Notes: generated from the sequence alone by a model not told the origin. A DNA stretch of 64,000 nt from Anaerovoracaceae bacterium (GCA_050953365.1 JBMNMN010000009.1:117313-181312), one strand, 5' to 3'. Counted from the first letter of the stretch, positions 1-10,302 are shown. Translations and numbers: made by a program.

Positions 1-1457
1 GACCGGACTTGCGTGAACCGTATTATCTATCCGCTTAAGCGATTAACTTAAAGCTAAGCTGGCGGTATACAGGACGTTCTGTTTTGAACCAAAGCCTGAC
101 GCCTTCTTTTGCATAGGAGAGTATGCCGGAGATACCCTTGGCGAATCGGTAATAGTGGAATTGGACTTTTTGCCGAATGGGAGCTGCTATCTGTAAAATT
201 GAAACTTTGAGGGCATTTGTTTCGGATTTCATGGAAATGGATGCGAAAAAGGCCATGCACAAAGTGATGTAGAAGTTGAGCGCATTGATAGCCACAAGCT
301 TGCGGACACGGAACTTTTCAAACTGGAAAACCTGCTTCTTGCAACGGAAGTATTCCTCAATGCGCCAGCGAGAGAAATAAAGCCTTGCAATCCGAACCAC
401 ATCATCCTTGGACTTCAGTTCCTTGTTTGTTGCCAGCATCATCGGATGCTCTGTGATGCCATAGACAAGAACCAGATTGATGTCCTTTCTGGATGCGGTG
501 ATTTGAACCTTTACATGGGATAAATATGCCTGATGCTGCTTGCCCCTGTAAAATACAGGCATTTTGATTTTGCCTTTTCTACGGTTTCGCAGTTCTGTGG
601 CGGGCACCCATTTGTTGTGGAAAAGGAGTTTCCTTTTGGCAGTAAGGCGAATGACGTAATCCTGCTCCAAGGAATCAAGCTTTAAGAACATCTTGTTGTC
701 ATCATAGCCCCTGTCCATGACAAAAGTGGCTTTGCCAAACAGTGCCTTTGCACGCTCCATCGCTTCAAAAGTAATCGTATTAACGGAAGTGAAGCTCTTC
801 TCCTGCGAGGAATGGATTTTAGAATAAATACTGATGGGATGATTGCTTTTCGTCAGAACACAGGCTTCTGTCACATGATAGCCTTTTTCATAGACATTTT
901 TCGCACTAGAGCTTTGGGATCCATCCCGAACAAGGCCCAGAGCTTCGAATTTGTAGCCATCCGGTTTGACGACATCACTGTCGTCCAGATGAACCACCGG
1001 CTCATCGGCAACCCATTTGCGGACGATGTGGAGATACGAGCGTAAGGCTTCTTTTGGAACGCCTTTGTTTAGATGGCGAGATAGCCTTTCCACACTGTTA
1101 ATTTTCTTGGAATCCTCATGAAGTTGGTCTGCAACATCGGTCAGAAGACAGCTACCGGAAGCCAACATACCATAGGTGATGTCGGCAGTAAACTTTCGAT
1201 CGGGCTTGGAAAGACATTGAGAAACTTTATTTGAAAAGTTTAAGATTTCACGTTTCAAAGTGTAAGTATTTGTAGTAAAATTAGTCATAAGGAATCCTCC
1301 GTTTTTTGTTTAGTAAGGTTTTTCTTCATAGCTTAATTTTACTACAAAAAGGGATAGGATTCCTTGTTTTTTAGGCATTTTTCAAAGTTTCTATAAGAAA
1401 GATCTATACTTCCGAGGCTCTCCATAGAAATGGCAGGGAAATCTGCGGAAACTCAAG
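1..1457 (-). mobile_element. IS4-family insertion sequence, copy 1 (outer end cut by window edge)
   Basis: 1..1457 is the reverse complement of 56486..57943 apart from a few substitutions. The inner terminal repeat ATCTGCGGAAACTCAAG at 1441..1457 equals the IR of copy 2 (58051..58067, rc at 56486..56502). About 124 bp of the other end lie off-window. Confidence 0.9.
35..1288 (-). CDS. IS4-family DDE transposase
   Basis: 417-aa ORF. The C-terminal YFSRWRIEEYFRCKK fits the IS4-family Y(2)R(3)E(6)K signature, with an acidic VMDRGYDD block upstream. A second copy lies at 56655..57908. Confidence 0.85.
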   Translation of the reverse strand: MTNFTTNTYTLKREILNFSNKVSQCLSKPDRKFTADITYGMLASGSCLLTDVADQLHEDSKKINSVERLSRHLNKGVPKEALRSYLHIVRKWVADEPVVHLDDSDVVKPDGYKFEALGLVRDGSQSSSAKNVYEKGYHVTEACVLTKSNHPISIYSKIHSSQEKSFTSVNTITFEAMERAKALFGKATFVMDRGYDDNKMFLKLDSLEQDYVIRLTAKRKLLFHNKWVPATELRNRRKGKIKMPVFYRGKQHQAYLSHVKVQITASRKDINLVLVYGITEHPMMLATNKELKSKDDVVRIARLYFSRWRIEEYFRCKKQVFQFEKFRVRKLVAINALNFYITLCMAFFASISMKSETNALKVSILQIAAPIRQKVQFHYYRFAKGISGILSYAKEGVRLWFKTERPVYRQLSFKLIA

Positions 1458-1716
1458 ATAAATTGACTATAACATTTGATGGTACTTGACTTTGAAAACT
1501 GCTTAATTACTGTTCACAAGATGCTTTTTTATCGGATGGGAAGGGATCGAAATTCTGAGCAAAAAATGGAGGTATTATGGAGGTATGTGTAGATTAAAAG
1601 CTATAGAACGATCCCTTCAGAAAGGCTCAGGCTTGTTATTCCGACGGAAAAATGGTATTCTATACGAGAATACCGGGAACCCTCGTTTCCTGAATACTGA
1701 ATGGGGAGGCGTTTTT

Positions 1717-2976
1717 ATGAAAACATTAGTCGGAGCTGTTTTGATCGGCCAATCGGGAGGTCCCACCTCCGTAATAAATTCCAGCGCTCTCGGCTGTATT
1801 GAGGCCGCCATGGCTTCCGCCAATGTAACGAAAGTGTATGGAGCGGCCCATGGAATCAAAGGCGTTCTAAACGACAATATTTACGATCTGACTATGGAAG
1901 ATCCTGCCGAATTATCGCTGATGCGATACACTCCTTCATCCGTCCTCGGCTCATGTCGCTATAAACTGGCTGATTTTATGGTGGATGATACGGATTACAA
2001 GCGAATCCTGGACATATTTATAAAATATAATATCCGATATTTTTTCTACATAGGCGGAAACGATTCTATGGATACCTGCAGCAAGATAAGCAGCTACCTT
2101 TCTCAGCACAATTACGAATGCCGCGTTATTGGAATTCCAAAAACCATCGACAACGACCTGGCATTGACAGACCACTGCCCGGGTTATGGAAGCGCAGCGA
2201 AATATATTGCCACTACCCTCATGGAAGTAGGGCGAGACGCAAAGGTGTACGACACCGGTTCCATCACCGTAGTGGAAATTATGGGCAGAAACGCAGGCTG
2301 GCTCACCGCAGCTTCCGCCCTTGCGCGGGTTAGAGATAAGGACCTGGGCCCCGACCTCATCTATTTGCCGGAGGTTCCCTTCGATATGGCCGACTTTATT
2401 TCCGATGTCTCCCGCGTTTACGAACAGCAGGGCGACGTACTGATAGCCGTATCCGAAGGAATTAAGGATAAAAATAACACTTATATCGTTTCTTATTTTT
2501 CCGATCAGACCAAAGAAAAAGACGCCTTCGGTCACGCCAAAATGGGAGGCCTTGCGGCCAACCTGGCAGAGTATGCAAACGCCAAACTCAAAGCCAAGGT
2601 CAGGGGGATCGAACTGAGTCTTCTCCAGCGCTGCGCAGCTCACCTGGCCTCCGCAACAGATGTAGAAGAAGCCTATCTCGCAGGAAAAGCGGCCTTCGAA
2701 GCTGCGGAAACAGGTGTCACAGATAAAATGATTGCCTTTGTGAGAGAACCCGGAGAAACCTATAAATGCAAAACTGCCTTCGTGGATTTGATAGAAGTGG
2801 CAAATGCAGAAAAGAAAGTACCCAGAGAATGGATCAACGAAGCGGGAAACGGACTTCTTCAGCCGTTCATAGATTATGCTCTCCCCCTGATTCGGGGAGA
2901 GGTGGACCGTCCAGTTGAAAATGGACTTCCCAAGTTTGCCCACTTAAAGCGCGTCAAAGCGATGCCGGCAGAATAA
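1717..2976 (+). CDS. pfp: 6-phosphofructokinase, long PfkA/Pfp-family form (probably PPi-dependent)
   Basis: Track ORF is 1585..2976. Start moved to ATG 1717, preceded by GGGGAGG at 1704..1710. PFK motifs present: GGPTSVINSS, IGGNDS, IPKTIDNDL, MGRNAGWL. Asp in the GGxDS position is the pattern usually associated with PPi-dependent enzymes (inference). Confidence 0.8.
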   Translation: MKTLVGAVLIGQSGGPTSVINSSALGCIEAAMASANVTKVYGAAHGIKGVLNDNIYDLTMEDPAELSLMRYTPSSVLGSCRYKLADFMVDDTDYKRILDIFIKYNIRYFFYIGGNDSMDTCSKISSYLSQHNYECRVIGIPKTIDNDLALTDHCPGYGSAAKYIATTLMEVGRDAKVYDTGSITVVEIMGRNAGWLTAASALARVRDKDLGPDLIYLPEVPFDMADFISDVSRVYEQQGDVLIAVSEGIKDKNNTYIVSYFSDQTKEKDAFGHAKMGGLAANLAEYANAKLKAKVRGIELSLLQRCAAHLASATDVEEAYLAGKAAFEAAETGVTDKMIAFVREPGETYKCKTAFVDLIEVANAEKKVPREWINEAGNGLLQPFIDYALPLIRGEVDRPVENGLPKFAHLKRVKAMPAE

Positions 2977-2996
2977 ACCGGTCCGTATATAAAGCT

Positions 2997-3036
2997 ATGG
3001 CTGACCCGAATTAAACAGGTCAGCCATATTTTTTTC
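2997..3036 (+). terminator. intrinsic terminator after pfk
   Basis: 10-bp stem ATGGCTGACC (2997..3006) / GGTCAGCCAT (3018..3027), followed by ATTTTTTTC. Confidence 0.75.
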
Positions 3037-3049
3037 TTCATTTACGTTT

Positions 3050-4246
3050 GGCGAATTGTAAAATGAAGTTGAACTAATAAGGAATCCATAGTGACGATTT
3101 CTGTTGTAAAATAGTTTTACCACAAAACATACACAGAAAGGCGAATCACTATGGATCACTCACAGTTTACACCTAATCCGCGAAAAAATAAACATCTTTC
3201 TTTTAAAGAGCGCGTAAAAATCGAGTTATTGGCTGGTGAAGGCAAAACTGCTTATGCCATCGCAAAACTGCTAAATCGGCCCATAAACACCATTACAAAC
3301 GAACTAAGGCGTGGCACAGTGGAACAGATAAAGCAGGGCAAATTAGTAAAAATCTACTACGCTGATGCCGGCCAGGCTAAATATGAGGCAAATCGCCGGA
3401 ACACTGGTCGCAGGTACAAGCTGCTACAGTGCAGTGAGTTCGTAGGCTATGTTGAGAAGATGATGTTAGAGGAAGATTGGTCCGTGGACTCTGCCGTAGG
3501 TAGGGCTGCAGCAACGGGTAAATTCGATAAGATGCTTTGTACCAAAACCATTTACAACTACATAGATCTAGGGCTTATGAAAGTTAAAAACACGGATTTA
3601 CCACTTAAGCTAAAGCGTAGCAAGAAAGGAATCCGAGTCCGGGCCAACAAGCGAAACCTCGGTGACAGTATTGAAAACCGGCCTTGTCATGTGGAAGATC
3701 GAGAAGAGTTTGGGCACTGGGAAATTGATACGGTAATAGGCTCAAAATCCAAGGAGGATGAAAGCTTATTGACCATTGTCGAACGAAAAACCAGAAACAC
3801 ATTGATTCGAAAGATTCCTGCCAAAACAGCAGAAGCGGTTATGCAGGAATTTGACCAGATCAAAGACGAATTTGGCAGTCGGTTTCAAAAGGTCTTCAAA
3901 AGCCTTACTGCAGATAATGGATCTGAGTTCGCTGCTCTGTCAACCTTGAAGGAACAGGGTGTAGGGGTATATTTTACACATCCTTACTCCGCATTCGAAC
4001 GTGGTACCAATGAAAACCATAACGGCCTGATTAGGCGCTTCATACCCAAAGGTAAGAAGATTTCCGAATACAGCCAAGAGGCCATTGCACGAGTTGAAGA
4101 ATGGATAAACGGCCTTCCAAGAAAGATCTTAGGCTATAAAACCCCAGAAGAACTCTTCGATGAGGAACTCGATTTAATCTATGCTCTTTAACAACAGAGA
4201 TTTGTCAAGGTACGGAGATTAGTTCAACTTGTTATTGCAATTCAGG
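3050..4246 (+). mobile_element. IS30-family insertion sequence
   Basis: Imperfect IRs: GAATTGTAAAATGAAGTTGAACTAAT (3053..3078) versus the rc of 4218..4243 (GAATTGCAATAACAAGTTGAACTAAT). A 13-bp direct repeat TTCATTTACGTTT sits at 3037..3049 and 4247..4259, 3 bp outside each IR. Confidence 0.85.
3151..4191 (+). CDS. IS30-family transposase
   Basis: 346 aa with an N-terminal HTH. DDE core blocks HWEIDTV, DNGSEF and HPYSAFERGTNENHNGLIRRFIPKG are typical of IS30 transposases. Confidence 0.9.
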   Translation: MDHSQFTPNPRKNKHLSFKERVKIELLAGEGKTAYAIAKLLNRPINTITNELRRGTVEQIKQGKLVKIYYADAGQAKYEANRRNTGRRYKLLQCSEFVGYVEKMMLEEDWSVDSAVGRAAATGKFDKMLCTKTIYNYIDLGLMKVKNTDLPLKLKRSKKGIRVRANKRNLGDSIENRPCHVEDREEFGHWEIDTVIGSKSKEDESLLTIVERKTRNTLIRKIPAKTAEAVMQEFDQIKDEFGSRFQKVFKSLTADNGSEFAALSTLKEQGVGVYFTHPYSAFERGTNENHNGLIRRFIPKGKKISEYSQEAIARVEEWINGLPRKILGYKTPEELFDEELDLIYAL

Positions 4247-4247
4247 T

Positions 4248-5630
4248 TCATTTACGTTTTGTTATTATGCGCACTTGAGTGAACTGTCTGTGCCCATCAG
4301 GCGAACCGTGATAACCGATTCCGCTCTGTTTTGCCCCTACCCAGGGGACATCTCCCACACCGCCGGGTCCACGGTTGATTCCTACCATACCCGCCTCCAG
4401 CCGGTTGGCCACTGCTTCCGCATCTTTCCGTCCGAACACCACCGCGCCCAACCCCAGTTGGCTGTTGTTGGCCAGCCTTACAGCTTCGTCTATATCGCGG
4501 AACCTGGCAATACATGCTACCGGTCCAAAGGTCTCTTCCTGCCAAATCAACATATCTTCTGTAATGCCTGAAAGCACCGTAGGCAAAATATATCTCGGCG
4601 GATGGTCAACACCTCCCGCTAAAACCTTAGCGCCTTTCGCTACGGCATCTTCAATGTGGCTTATAATCTTGCTTCGCTGTTTCTCATTGATTATCGGGCC
4701 GATGTTGGCTTCCGGGTCGGTCCACGGACCGACCTTAAAACGCTGAACGTTCGCCGCCGCCAACTCTTCAAACGCATCCGCAATCTTTTCGTCAACCAAA
4801 ATTCTTTCGGTACTGATGCACATTTGTCCGGCGTTTTCAAAGCTGCTTGCCACTGCGAAGCGGGCTGCCCTTTCTATGTCCGCATCTTCCAATACGATCA
4901 TCGGATCCTTTCCGCCCATCTCCATAATAAGCCTCTTCACCCCTGAGGCTGCAGCGGTCATAATTTTCTTTCCGGTTCCCAGGGATCCGGTAAAGGCCAC
5001 AAGATCCACATCTGAACGAACCAATGCTTCCCCCAGCTTTCCGTCTCCGTATACAATCTGAAGCACGCCCTCCGGAAGCACCTCATTCAATGCATCTACG
5101 TAGGCGCCGGCCACAAGAGGCGTCTCTTCCGACGGCTTGTAGATCACCGCATTGCCCGCTGTCAGAGCCGGAAGAATAAGCCAGTGTCCCATGGAGACAG
5201 GGTAATTCCAGGGGGCGATTACTGCACAAACTCCAAGGGAGTTGTATTGAATTTGGGTTTCCAGGCCGTCGCCTTCTATAACCTTAGTTTTGATTGCATC
5301 TTTTATTTCTGCCGTTTTATAAAATACATCATCGCAGCAGCTCATGACTTCATTGGTGGAACGCCTCAAATCCTTCCCCATCTCCCTGCTGAGCAGCTCC
5401 GCTATTTCGCCGGCCCTTGACCGCAAAACATCTGCGCATTTCTTCAAGTAATCAATCCGTTGGTCCACCGTAAGCCCGGACCATGATTTCTGCGCTTTTC
5501 TGGCAGTCTGTACTTTTTCGGCAAGTTCTTCGATGCGGGTTTTCTGTACCTTTCCGATTATCTCTCCGTTACTGGGGTCATAGGAAATCAGAACATTATC
5601 ATCCATATAATCCGCCGTTTTCCCTGTCAT
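4248..5630 (-). CDS. NAD(P)-dependent aldehyde dehydrogenase family protein
   Basis: 460 aa. ALDH motifs FTGSLGTGKKI and EMGGKDP, with catalytic Cys context GQMCIS. SD AAGGAG lies upstream of the ATG. Confidence 0.85.
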   Translation of the reverse strand: MTGKTADYMDDNVLISYDPSNGEIIGKVQKTRIEELAEKVQTARKAQKSWSGLTVDQRIDYLKKCADVLRSRAGEIAELLSREMGKDLRRSTNEVMSCCDDVFYKTAEIKDAIKTKVIEGDGLETQIQYNSLGVCAVIAPWNYPVSMGHWLILPALTAGNAVIYKPSEETPLVAGAYVDALNEVLPEGVLQIVYGDGKLGEALVRSDVDLVAFTGSLGTGKKIMTAAASGVKRLIMEMGGKDPMIVLEDADIERAARFAVASSFENAGQMCISTERILVDEKIADAFEELAAANVQRFKVGPWTDPEANIGPIINEKQRSKIISHIEDAVAKGAKVLAGGVDHPPRYILPTVLSGITEDMLIWQEETFGPVACIARFRDIDEAVRLANNSQLGLGAVVFGRKDAEAVANRLEAGMVGINRGPGGVGDVPWVGAKQSGIGYHGSPDGHRQFTQVRIITKRK

Positions 5631-5643
5631 TTTTCTACTCCTT

Positions 5644-6798
5644 CTATATAAATTGATTCATTAGGTCATCAACAAACGCATCTACATTATCGTTGCTGAT
5701 ACCATATCGGTTTATTAACTCCTGTGCATGTTTTCTGCTATGGCTATGGCTAAGATCCTGTATGAAACTCATCATCCCCGTTCTGCGGCCGACTCTGTAA
5801 ATGGTCTTTTCGCTTTCCGGTAAATCCAGATAGCCTTTTAATACTGAAATTATTTTTTCTTTATCCTCAGGCAAGCGGCCCTCCGCCTCAGGCAACAGGT
5901 TGATAATGTGGTCGCTGCTTACTATGGTACTGGTGATTCCCTGCAGGTTTTCAATCATTAATAGCAGTTCCTCTACCATTTTGGTGTCGTTAGCTCTTGT
6001 GAAAATTCCCTTTTTATAGTCCTCCATCAAGGAACCCCTTTCCGTCACCGCCAAAGTACGGATCCGAATAAAATCGGGATTTATTTGATTCAGGGCATCT
6101 GCCGTCTCCAGGGCATTTAACTCGGAATATTCGTTTCCGCCTAAACCCGGAATAAAATATTCCGAAAGCTCTATCCCTGCGGCCTTCACCTTCTGCCCTG
6201 CAAGTATCTGCTTTGCCTTTGTCGTGCCTTTATCGACTAATTTCAGGATCACATCCGAACCTGTTTCCATGCCGATATGAATTCGATTCAGCCCTGCCTC
6301 CGCAATGCGCTTCATATCCACATCGCTGATTCTGGCTACCGTTTCTGATCGAGCGTAAGAGGTAATCCGTTCCGTTTCCGGGAACTGTTTTTTAAGATGA
6401 GTAAGGATGTCCACCAGATCATCCGGCTTGATCACAAGGCTGTCCGAATCCTGTAAAAAGATTGATTTCATCCCGTTTCGATACCAATGTACAGCGGTGC
6501 TATAGGCCCGGGACTGCTCCTCGTTAAGTTCGTTTATAAATCGGCTGATCATGCCGTTGCGTTCCTCCGCATCGGCGCCCTCGGCGGCTTTCAGCAAATC
6601 CGTCCACATCTTAACCGAATCGATGTCTTTTATTACATGTTCCTTCGGACGAAGGCTGAATTTGGTCTTTTTATATACACCGCAGAATTTGCATCGATTC
6701 CACGGGCAATTTCTTGTAACCCTCAGCAATAAACTTGCAGCCTCGCTGGGGGGTCGGATGGGGCCGACTTCATATGTGTACTCTTTGCTGTCTTTCAT
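5644..6798 (-). CDS. radical SAM domain protein (unknown substrate)
   Basis: 384 aa. N-terminal IRPPSEAASLLLRVTRNCPWNRCKFCG contains a Cys triad spaced CX4CX2C. Lies 13 bp upstream of the ALDH gene. Confidence 0.7.
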   Translation of the reverse strand: MKDSKEYTYEVGPIRPPSEAASLLLRVTRNCPWNRCKFCGVYKKTKFSLRPKEHVIKDIDSVKMWTDLLKAAEGADAEERNGMISRFINELNEEQSRAYSTAVHWYRNGMKSIFLQDSDSLVIKPDDLVDILTHLKKQFPETERITSYARSETVARISDVDMKRIAEAGLNRIHIGMETGSDVILKLVDKGTTKAKQILAGQKVKAAGIELSEYFIPGLGGNEYSELNALETADALNQINPDFIRIRTLAVTERGSLMEDYKKGIFTRANDTKMVEELLLMIENLQGITSTIVSSDHIINLLPEAEGRLPEDKEKIISVLKGYLDLPESEKTIYRVGRRTGMMSFIQDLSHSHSRKHAQELINRYGISNDNVDAFVDDLMNQFI

Positions 6799-6832
6799 GC
6801 GCTCACTACCCTTTTCGAATCTTTGATTACAT

Positions 6833-8281
6833 TTATTGAATCCCGTTATATGCGACTTCTATGGCCTCTGCCAGGCTTTTTACACCCAGCAGTTCGACCC
6901 CTTGCGCAACTCCCATGATGCGTTGAGCATTTTTGGTTGGAAGTATGATCCTCTCAAAACCCATTCGAGCCGCTTCTTTAACAATTTTTTCCGCATTCTG
7001 CACAGAACGCAGGTCTCCCGTCAGCCCTATCTCTCCGATGGCTAACGTTCTTTTTGCGCAAGACATGCGCTTATATGTAGAGTAGATAGCCAATGCCACG
7101 GCCAGATCCGTTGAAGTTCCTTCGGGGCGAAGCCCACCCACAATGTTTACATATACATCCTGATTGATTAAAGAGATATGGGCCTTCCGGTCCAGCACGG
7201 CTAAAATCATATTCAGCCGGGAAAGCTCTACTCCTATTGCGGTTCTTCTGGCAAATCCTATATTAGTGGGAGATGTCAATGCCTGAACCTCAAGAAGAAG
7301 CGGCCTGGTTCCCTCATAAACTGCCGTAGCCATGGATCCCTCTGCGCCTTCCTCCATTCCCTCCAAAAAGCTTCCGGAAAGATTTTCGATCTCCGTCAAT
7401 CCCTCTTCAGCCATTTCAAACGCTCCCACCTCGCTGGTTGTGCCGAACCTGTTTTTATAGGCTCTGAGGATACGGATTTCCTGGTTTCTTTCACCAGTAA
7501 AATGCAAAACACAATCGACCAGATGCTCTATGATCTTCGGTCCGGCCAAGTCGCCGCTCTTGGTAACATGAGCCACGATGAAAACCGGGATATTTCGTAC
7601 CTTACCCACTCGCATAAGCTCGTTGGCGCAGGCCCTAACCTGAGACACGCTGCCGGGGGCGGATTCCAGCTCTGACGAATACATTGTCTGTATCGAGTCG
7701 ATCACCACGAAACAGGGATTCAGTTCTTCCGTAACCGCAAGAGCGTTTTCCATATTTGTTTCCGAAAGCAAATACAGGTTGTCCAGGTCTCCTTTACATA
7801 CCCTGTCCGCGCGCATCTTAATCTGCTCTTCCGACTCCTCTCCGGTTATGTAAAGCACAGGCTGCCCTTTAGCTGCAATCCTCGCCGCCGCCTGGATGAT
7901 CAACGTTGATTTACCGATGCCCGGTTCGCCCGAAATGAGGGTCAGGGATCCCTTCACAAGGCCGCCGCCCAAAACCCGGTTCAATTCACCGATTTCCGTA
8001 TCGATCCTGCTTTCCGATCCAGATCTTACATCGGACAATTTGACAGCCTTGGCCGTCCTGCCCGGCGCCGCCCGGCGCCGTTTGTCCTCTGCCGAAGCAG
8101 GCAGCACTTTTTCCTCTACCATAGAATTCCAGGCGCCGCAAATGCATTGCCCCATCCATTTGGGGCTCTCGTAACCGCACTCCTGGCATACAAAAACTGT
8201 AGCCGGTTTCTTACCCATAGTATCCTCATTCCTCGGCGCATAGGGGATCCTTTTCCCGCCTGCGCCGTTTTTTTTTGCCAT
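6833..8281 (-). CDS. radA: DNA repair protein RadA/Sms
   Basis: Zn-ribbon CQECGYESPKWMGQCICG, Walker A GEPGIGKST, KNRFG motif and a Lon-like C-terminal domain. Start moved from 8341 to ATG 8281 (MAKKNG...). Confidence 0.9.
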   Translation of the reverse strand: MAKKNGAGGKRIPYAPRNEDTMGKKPATVFVCQECGYESPKWMGQCICGAWNSMVEEKVLPASAEDKRRRAAPGRTAKAVKLSDVRSGSESRIDTEIGELNRVLGGGLVKGSLTLISGEPGIGKSTLIIQAAARIAAKGQPVLYITGEESEEQIKMRADRVCKGDLDNLYLLSETNMENALAVTEELNPCFVVIDSIQTMYSSELESAPGSVSQVRACANELMRVGKVRNIPVFIVAHVTKSGDLAGPKIIEHLVDCVLHFTGERNQEIRILRAYKNRFGTTSEVGAFEMAEEGLTEIENLSGSFLEGMEEGAEGSMATAVYEGTRPLLLEVQALTSPTNIGFARRTAIGVELSRLNMILAVLDRKAHISLINQDVYVNIVGGLRPEGTSTDLAVALAIYSTYKRMSCAKRTLAIGEIGLTGDLRSVQNAEKIVKEAARMGFERIILPTKNAQRIMGVAQGVELLGVKSLAEAIEVAYNGIQ

Positions 8282-8346
8282 AGTGAATAAAAACTCCACC
8301 ATACATACAAATGCACAGTGGAGTTTCTCTTTAAACAACAATCGGA

Positions 8347-10302
8347 TTATTGTTCTTCTCTCTTAGCTTCTTCAATAATTTTCTCTGCCAAATGAGCCGG
8401 CACTTCTTCGTACCGCTCAAACTTCATTGTGAAGCTTCCTCTTGCCTGCGTCATTGCGCGAAGGGAAATGGCATACTTGAACATTTCAGCCTGGGGTACT
8501 TCCGCAATAACTTTCTGCCCTCCGCCATGCTGGGGCTCCATTCCCAGGATTCTGCCTCTTCTCTTATTCAGGTCGCCCATTATGTCGCCCATATATTCGT
8601 CAGGCACGGTAATCTCCACCCGCATTACCGGTTCCAGCAGAACGGGACTGGCTTCTACGATACCTTTCTTGAAGGCAAGGCTTGCGGCAATTTTAAATGC
8701 CATTTCATTGGAGTCTACATCGTGGTAAGATCCGTCATACAGTACGGCTTTGATGTTTACTACAGGATAACCTGCCAAAGGTCCCTTCTCCATGCTCTCC
8801 CTCAAGCCCTTTTCTACAGCGGGTACGTAGTTTTTCGGGATGGCTCCGCCAAACAGCTCTTCGGAGAACTCGAAGACTTCTTGGCTGGGCGAGAAGCGAA
8901 TATGCACGTCTCCGTACTGCCCGGCTCCTCCGGTTTGCTTCTTATGCTTACCCTGTACATCGGAGGTGCCTTTGATGGTCTCTCTGTATGCGATCTTCTG
9001 ATCCACAAGATCCACATCTATTCCGTACTTCTCCTTCAGCTTGGCAGTGATAATTCCTATCTGAATGTCTCCCTGACCGCCGATAAGGGTCTGATGGGTT
9101 TCCGTATTTCTTACGATCGTAAAGGAAGGATCTTCTTCCATAAGTTTCTGTATTCCGGAGCTGATCTTGTCTTCGTCGCCTTTGGCTTTCGCCTGGACAG
9201 CCATGAACAGACATGGTTCGGGGAATGCAATGGGCGGATATTGAATGTAATTGGCTTTGTCGCACAAGGTATCTCCTGTCTGGGTGTATTGCAGTTTCGT
9301 TGCAACTACGATATCCCCGGCCTCGACAACGGAAACTTCTCCCTGTGTCTTTCCTCTGAAATGGGAAAGAGTGCTCAGCTTTTCAGCCTTTTCAGCCCTT
9401 GCGTTATAGAGCTCAACACCCGGCGTAATTTTGCCGCTTATTACCTTAAGGAAGGAAATTTTTCCTACAAACGGATCCACCAAGGTTTTAAACACAAAAG
9501 CGGAAGCCGCTTCGTTTACGTCGCATTTTCTCGTCACGGTTTCGCCCTTCGCATCTACTCCTTCATAACCCGGATGGTCGTTGGGAGCCGGCGCATACTT
9601 GAGTATTGCATCCAGGAACTCCTTAACCCCCCTGCCGTCCAATGCGCAGCATGTCATTACCGGGGTAATATTCCGAGAGGCGATGCCCTTCATCAAACCG
9701 TCTCTGAACTCTTCATCGGTAAACTCTTCTCCGCTGAAATACTTCTCCAGAAGTTCTTCATCGCTCTCCGCTACAGCCTCTGTAAGGGCTTCCTTCACAT
9801 CCCCTTCAATGGGCTCCGTCAAAACTGCCACAGAGGTGCCGAACTTGGCCTTAAGATCCGCTACAACCTGGTCTACATCTACATTTTCCTTGTCAATCTT
9901 GTTGATGAGGAAGAATGTGGGAATGTTATGCTCTTTGCAAGAATTCCAGCCTTTTTCCGTTCCCACCTGAACGCCTGCGGAAGCATCCACCAAAATAACT
10001 GCCGCTTCACAGGCTCTCATTGCAGAGTTGACTTCGCCTATAAAGTCAAAATAACCCGGTGTATCAATGAAATTAATTTTCATTTTATTGTATTCTACGG
10101 GCACGATGGATAAATTGATGGAATATCCCTTTTCAATCTCCATTTTGTCGTAGTCCGATACGGTGTTTCCGTCTTCTACTCTTCCAAGCCTTTTTGTCAC
10201 TCCGGTAGCAAGAAGCGCAGCCTCCAGGAATGTGGTTTTACCGCTTCCCCCATGCCCTACAAGAGCAACATTTTTAATATTTTTGCTTGTGTAGCCTTTC
10301 AT
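8347..10302 (-). CDS. elongation factor G family GTPase (short EF-G paralog)
   Basis: 651 aa. G motifs GHGGSGKTT, DTPGYFDF and NKID, with EF-G domains II-V recognisable. SD GGAGGG lies upstream. Confidence 0.8.
   Translation of the reverse strand: MKGYTSKNIKNVALVGHGGSGKTTFLEAALLATGVTKRLGRVEDGNTVSDYDKMEIEKGYSINLSIVPVEYNKMKINFIDTPGYFDFIGEVNSAMRACEAAVILVDASAGVQVGTEKGWNSCKEHNIPTFFLINKIDKENVDVDQVVADLKAKFGTSVAVLTEPIEGDVKEALTEAVAESDEELLEKYFSGEEFTDEEFRDGLMKGIASRNITPVMTCCALDGRGVKEFLDAILKYAPAPNDHPGYEGVDAKGETVTRKCDVNEAASAFVFKTLVDPFVGKISFLKVISGKITPGVELYNARAEKAEKLSTLSHFRGKTQGEVSVVEAGDIVVATKLQYTQTGDTLCDKANYIQYPPIAFPEPCLFMAVQAKAKGDEDKISSGIQKLMEEDPSFTIVRNTETHQTLIGGQGDIQIGIITAKLKEKYGIDVDLVDQKIAYRETIKGTSDVQGKHKKQTGGAGQYGDVHIRFSPSQEVFEFSEELFGGAIPKNYVPAVEKGLRESMEKGPLAGYPVVNIKAVLYDGSYHDVDSNEMAFKIAASLAFKKGIVEASPVLLEPVMRVEITVPDEYMGDIMGDLNKRRGRILGMEPQHGGGQKVIAEVPQAEMFKYAISLRAMTQARGSFTMKFERYEEVPAHLAEKIIEEAKREEQ

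Noticed and set aside
1951-2943. 330-aa ORF antisense to pfk. Similar cases at 13550..14452, 15393..16160, 25961..26665, 31556..32302 and 35677..36309.
   Set aside because: All lie inside well-supported genes in the codon-aligned antisense frame. They are judged to be codon-bias artefacts.
8350-10113. 587-aa ORF exactly antisense to the EF-G paralog
   Set aside because: It shares codon boundaries with the sense gene. Its stops would therefore require sense TTA, CTA or TCA codons, which this gene avoids. Its composition (Phe/Leu/Arg/Cys/His-rich) is typical of antisense shadows, and there is no SD or independent signal.
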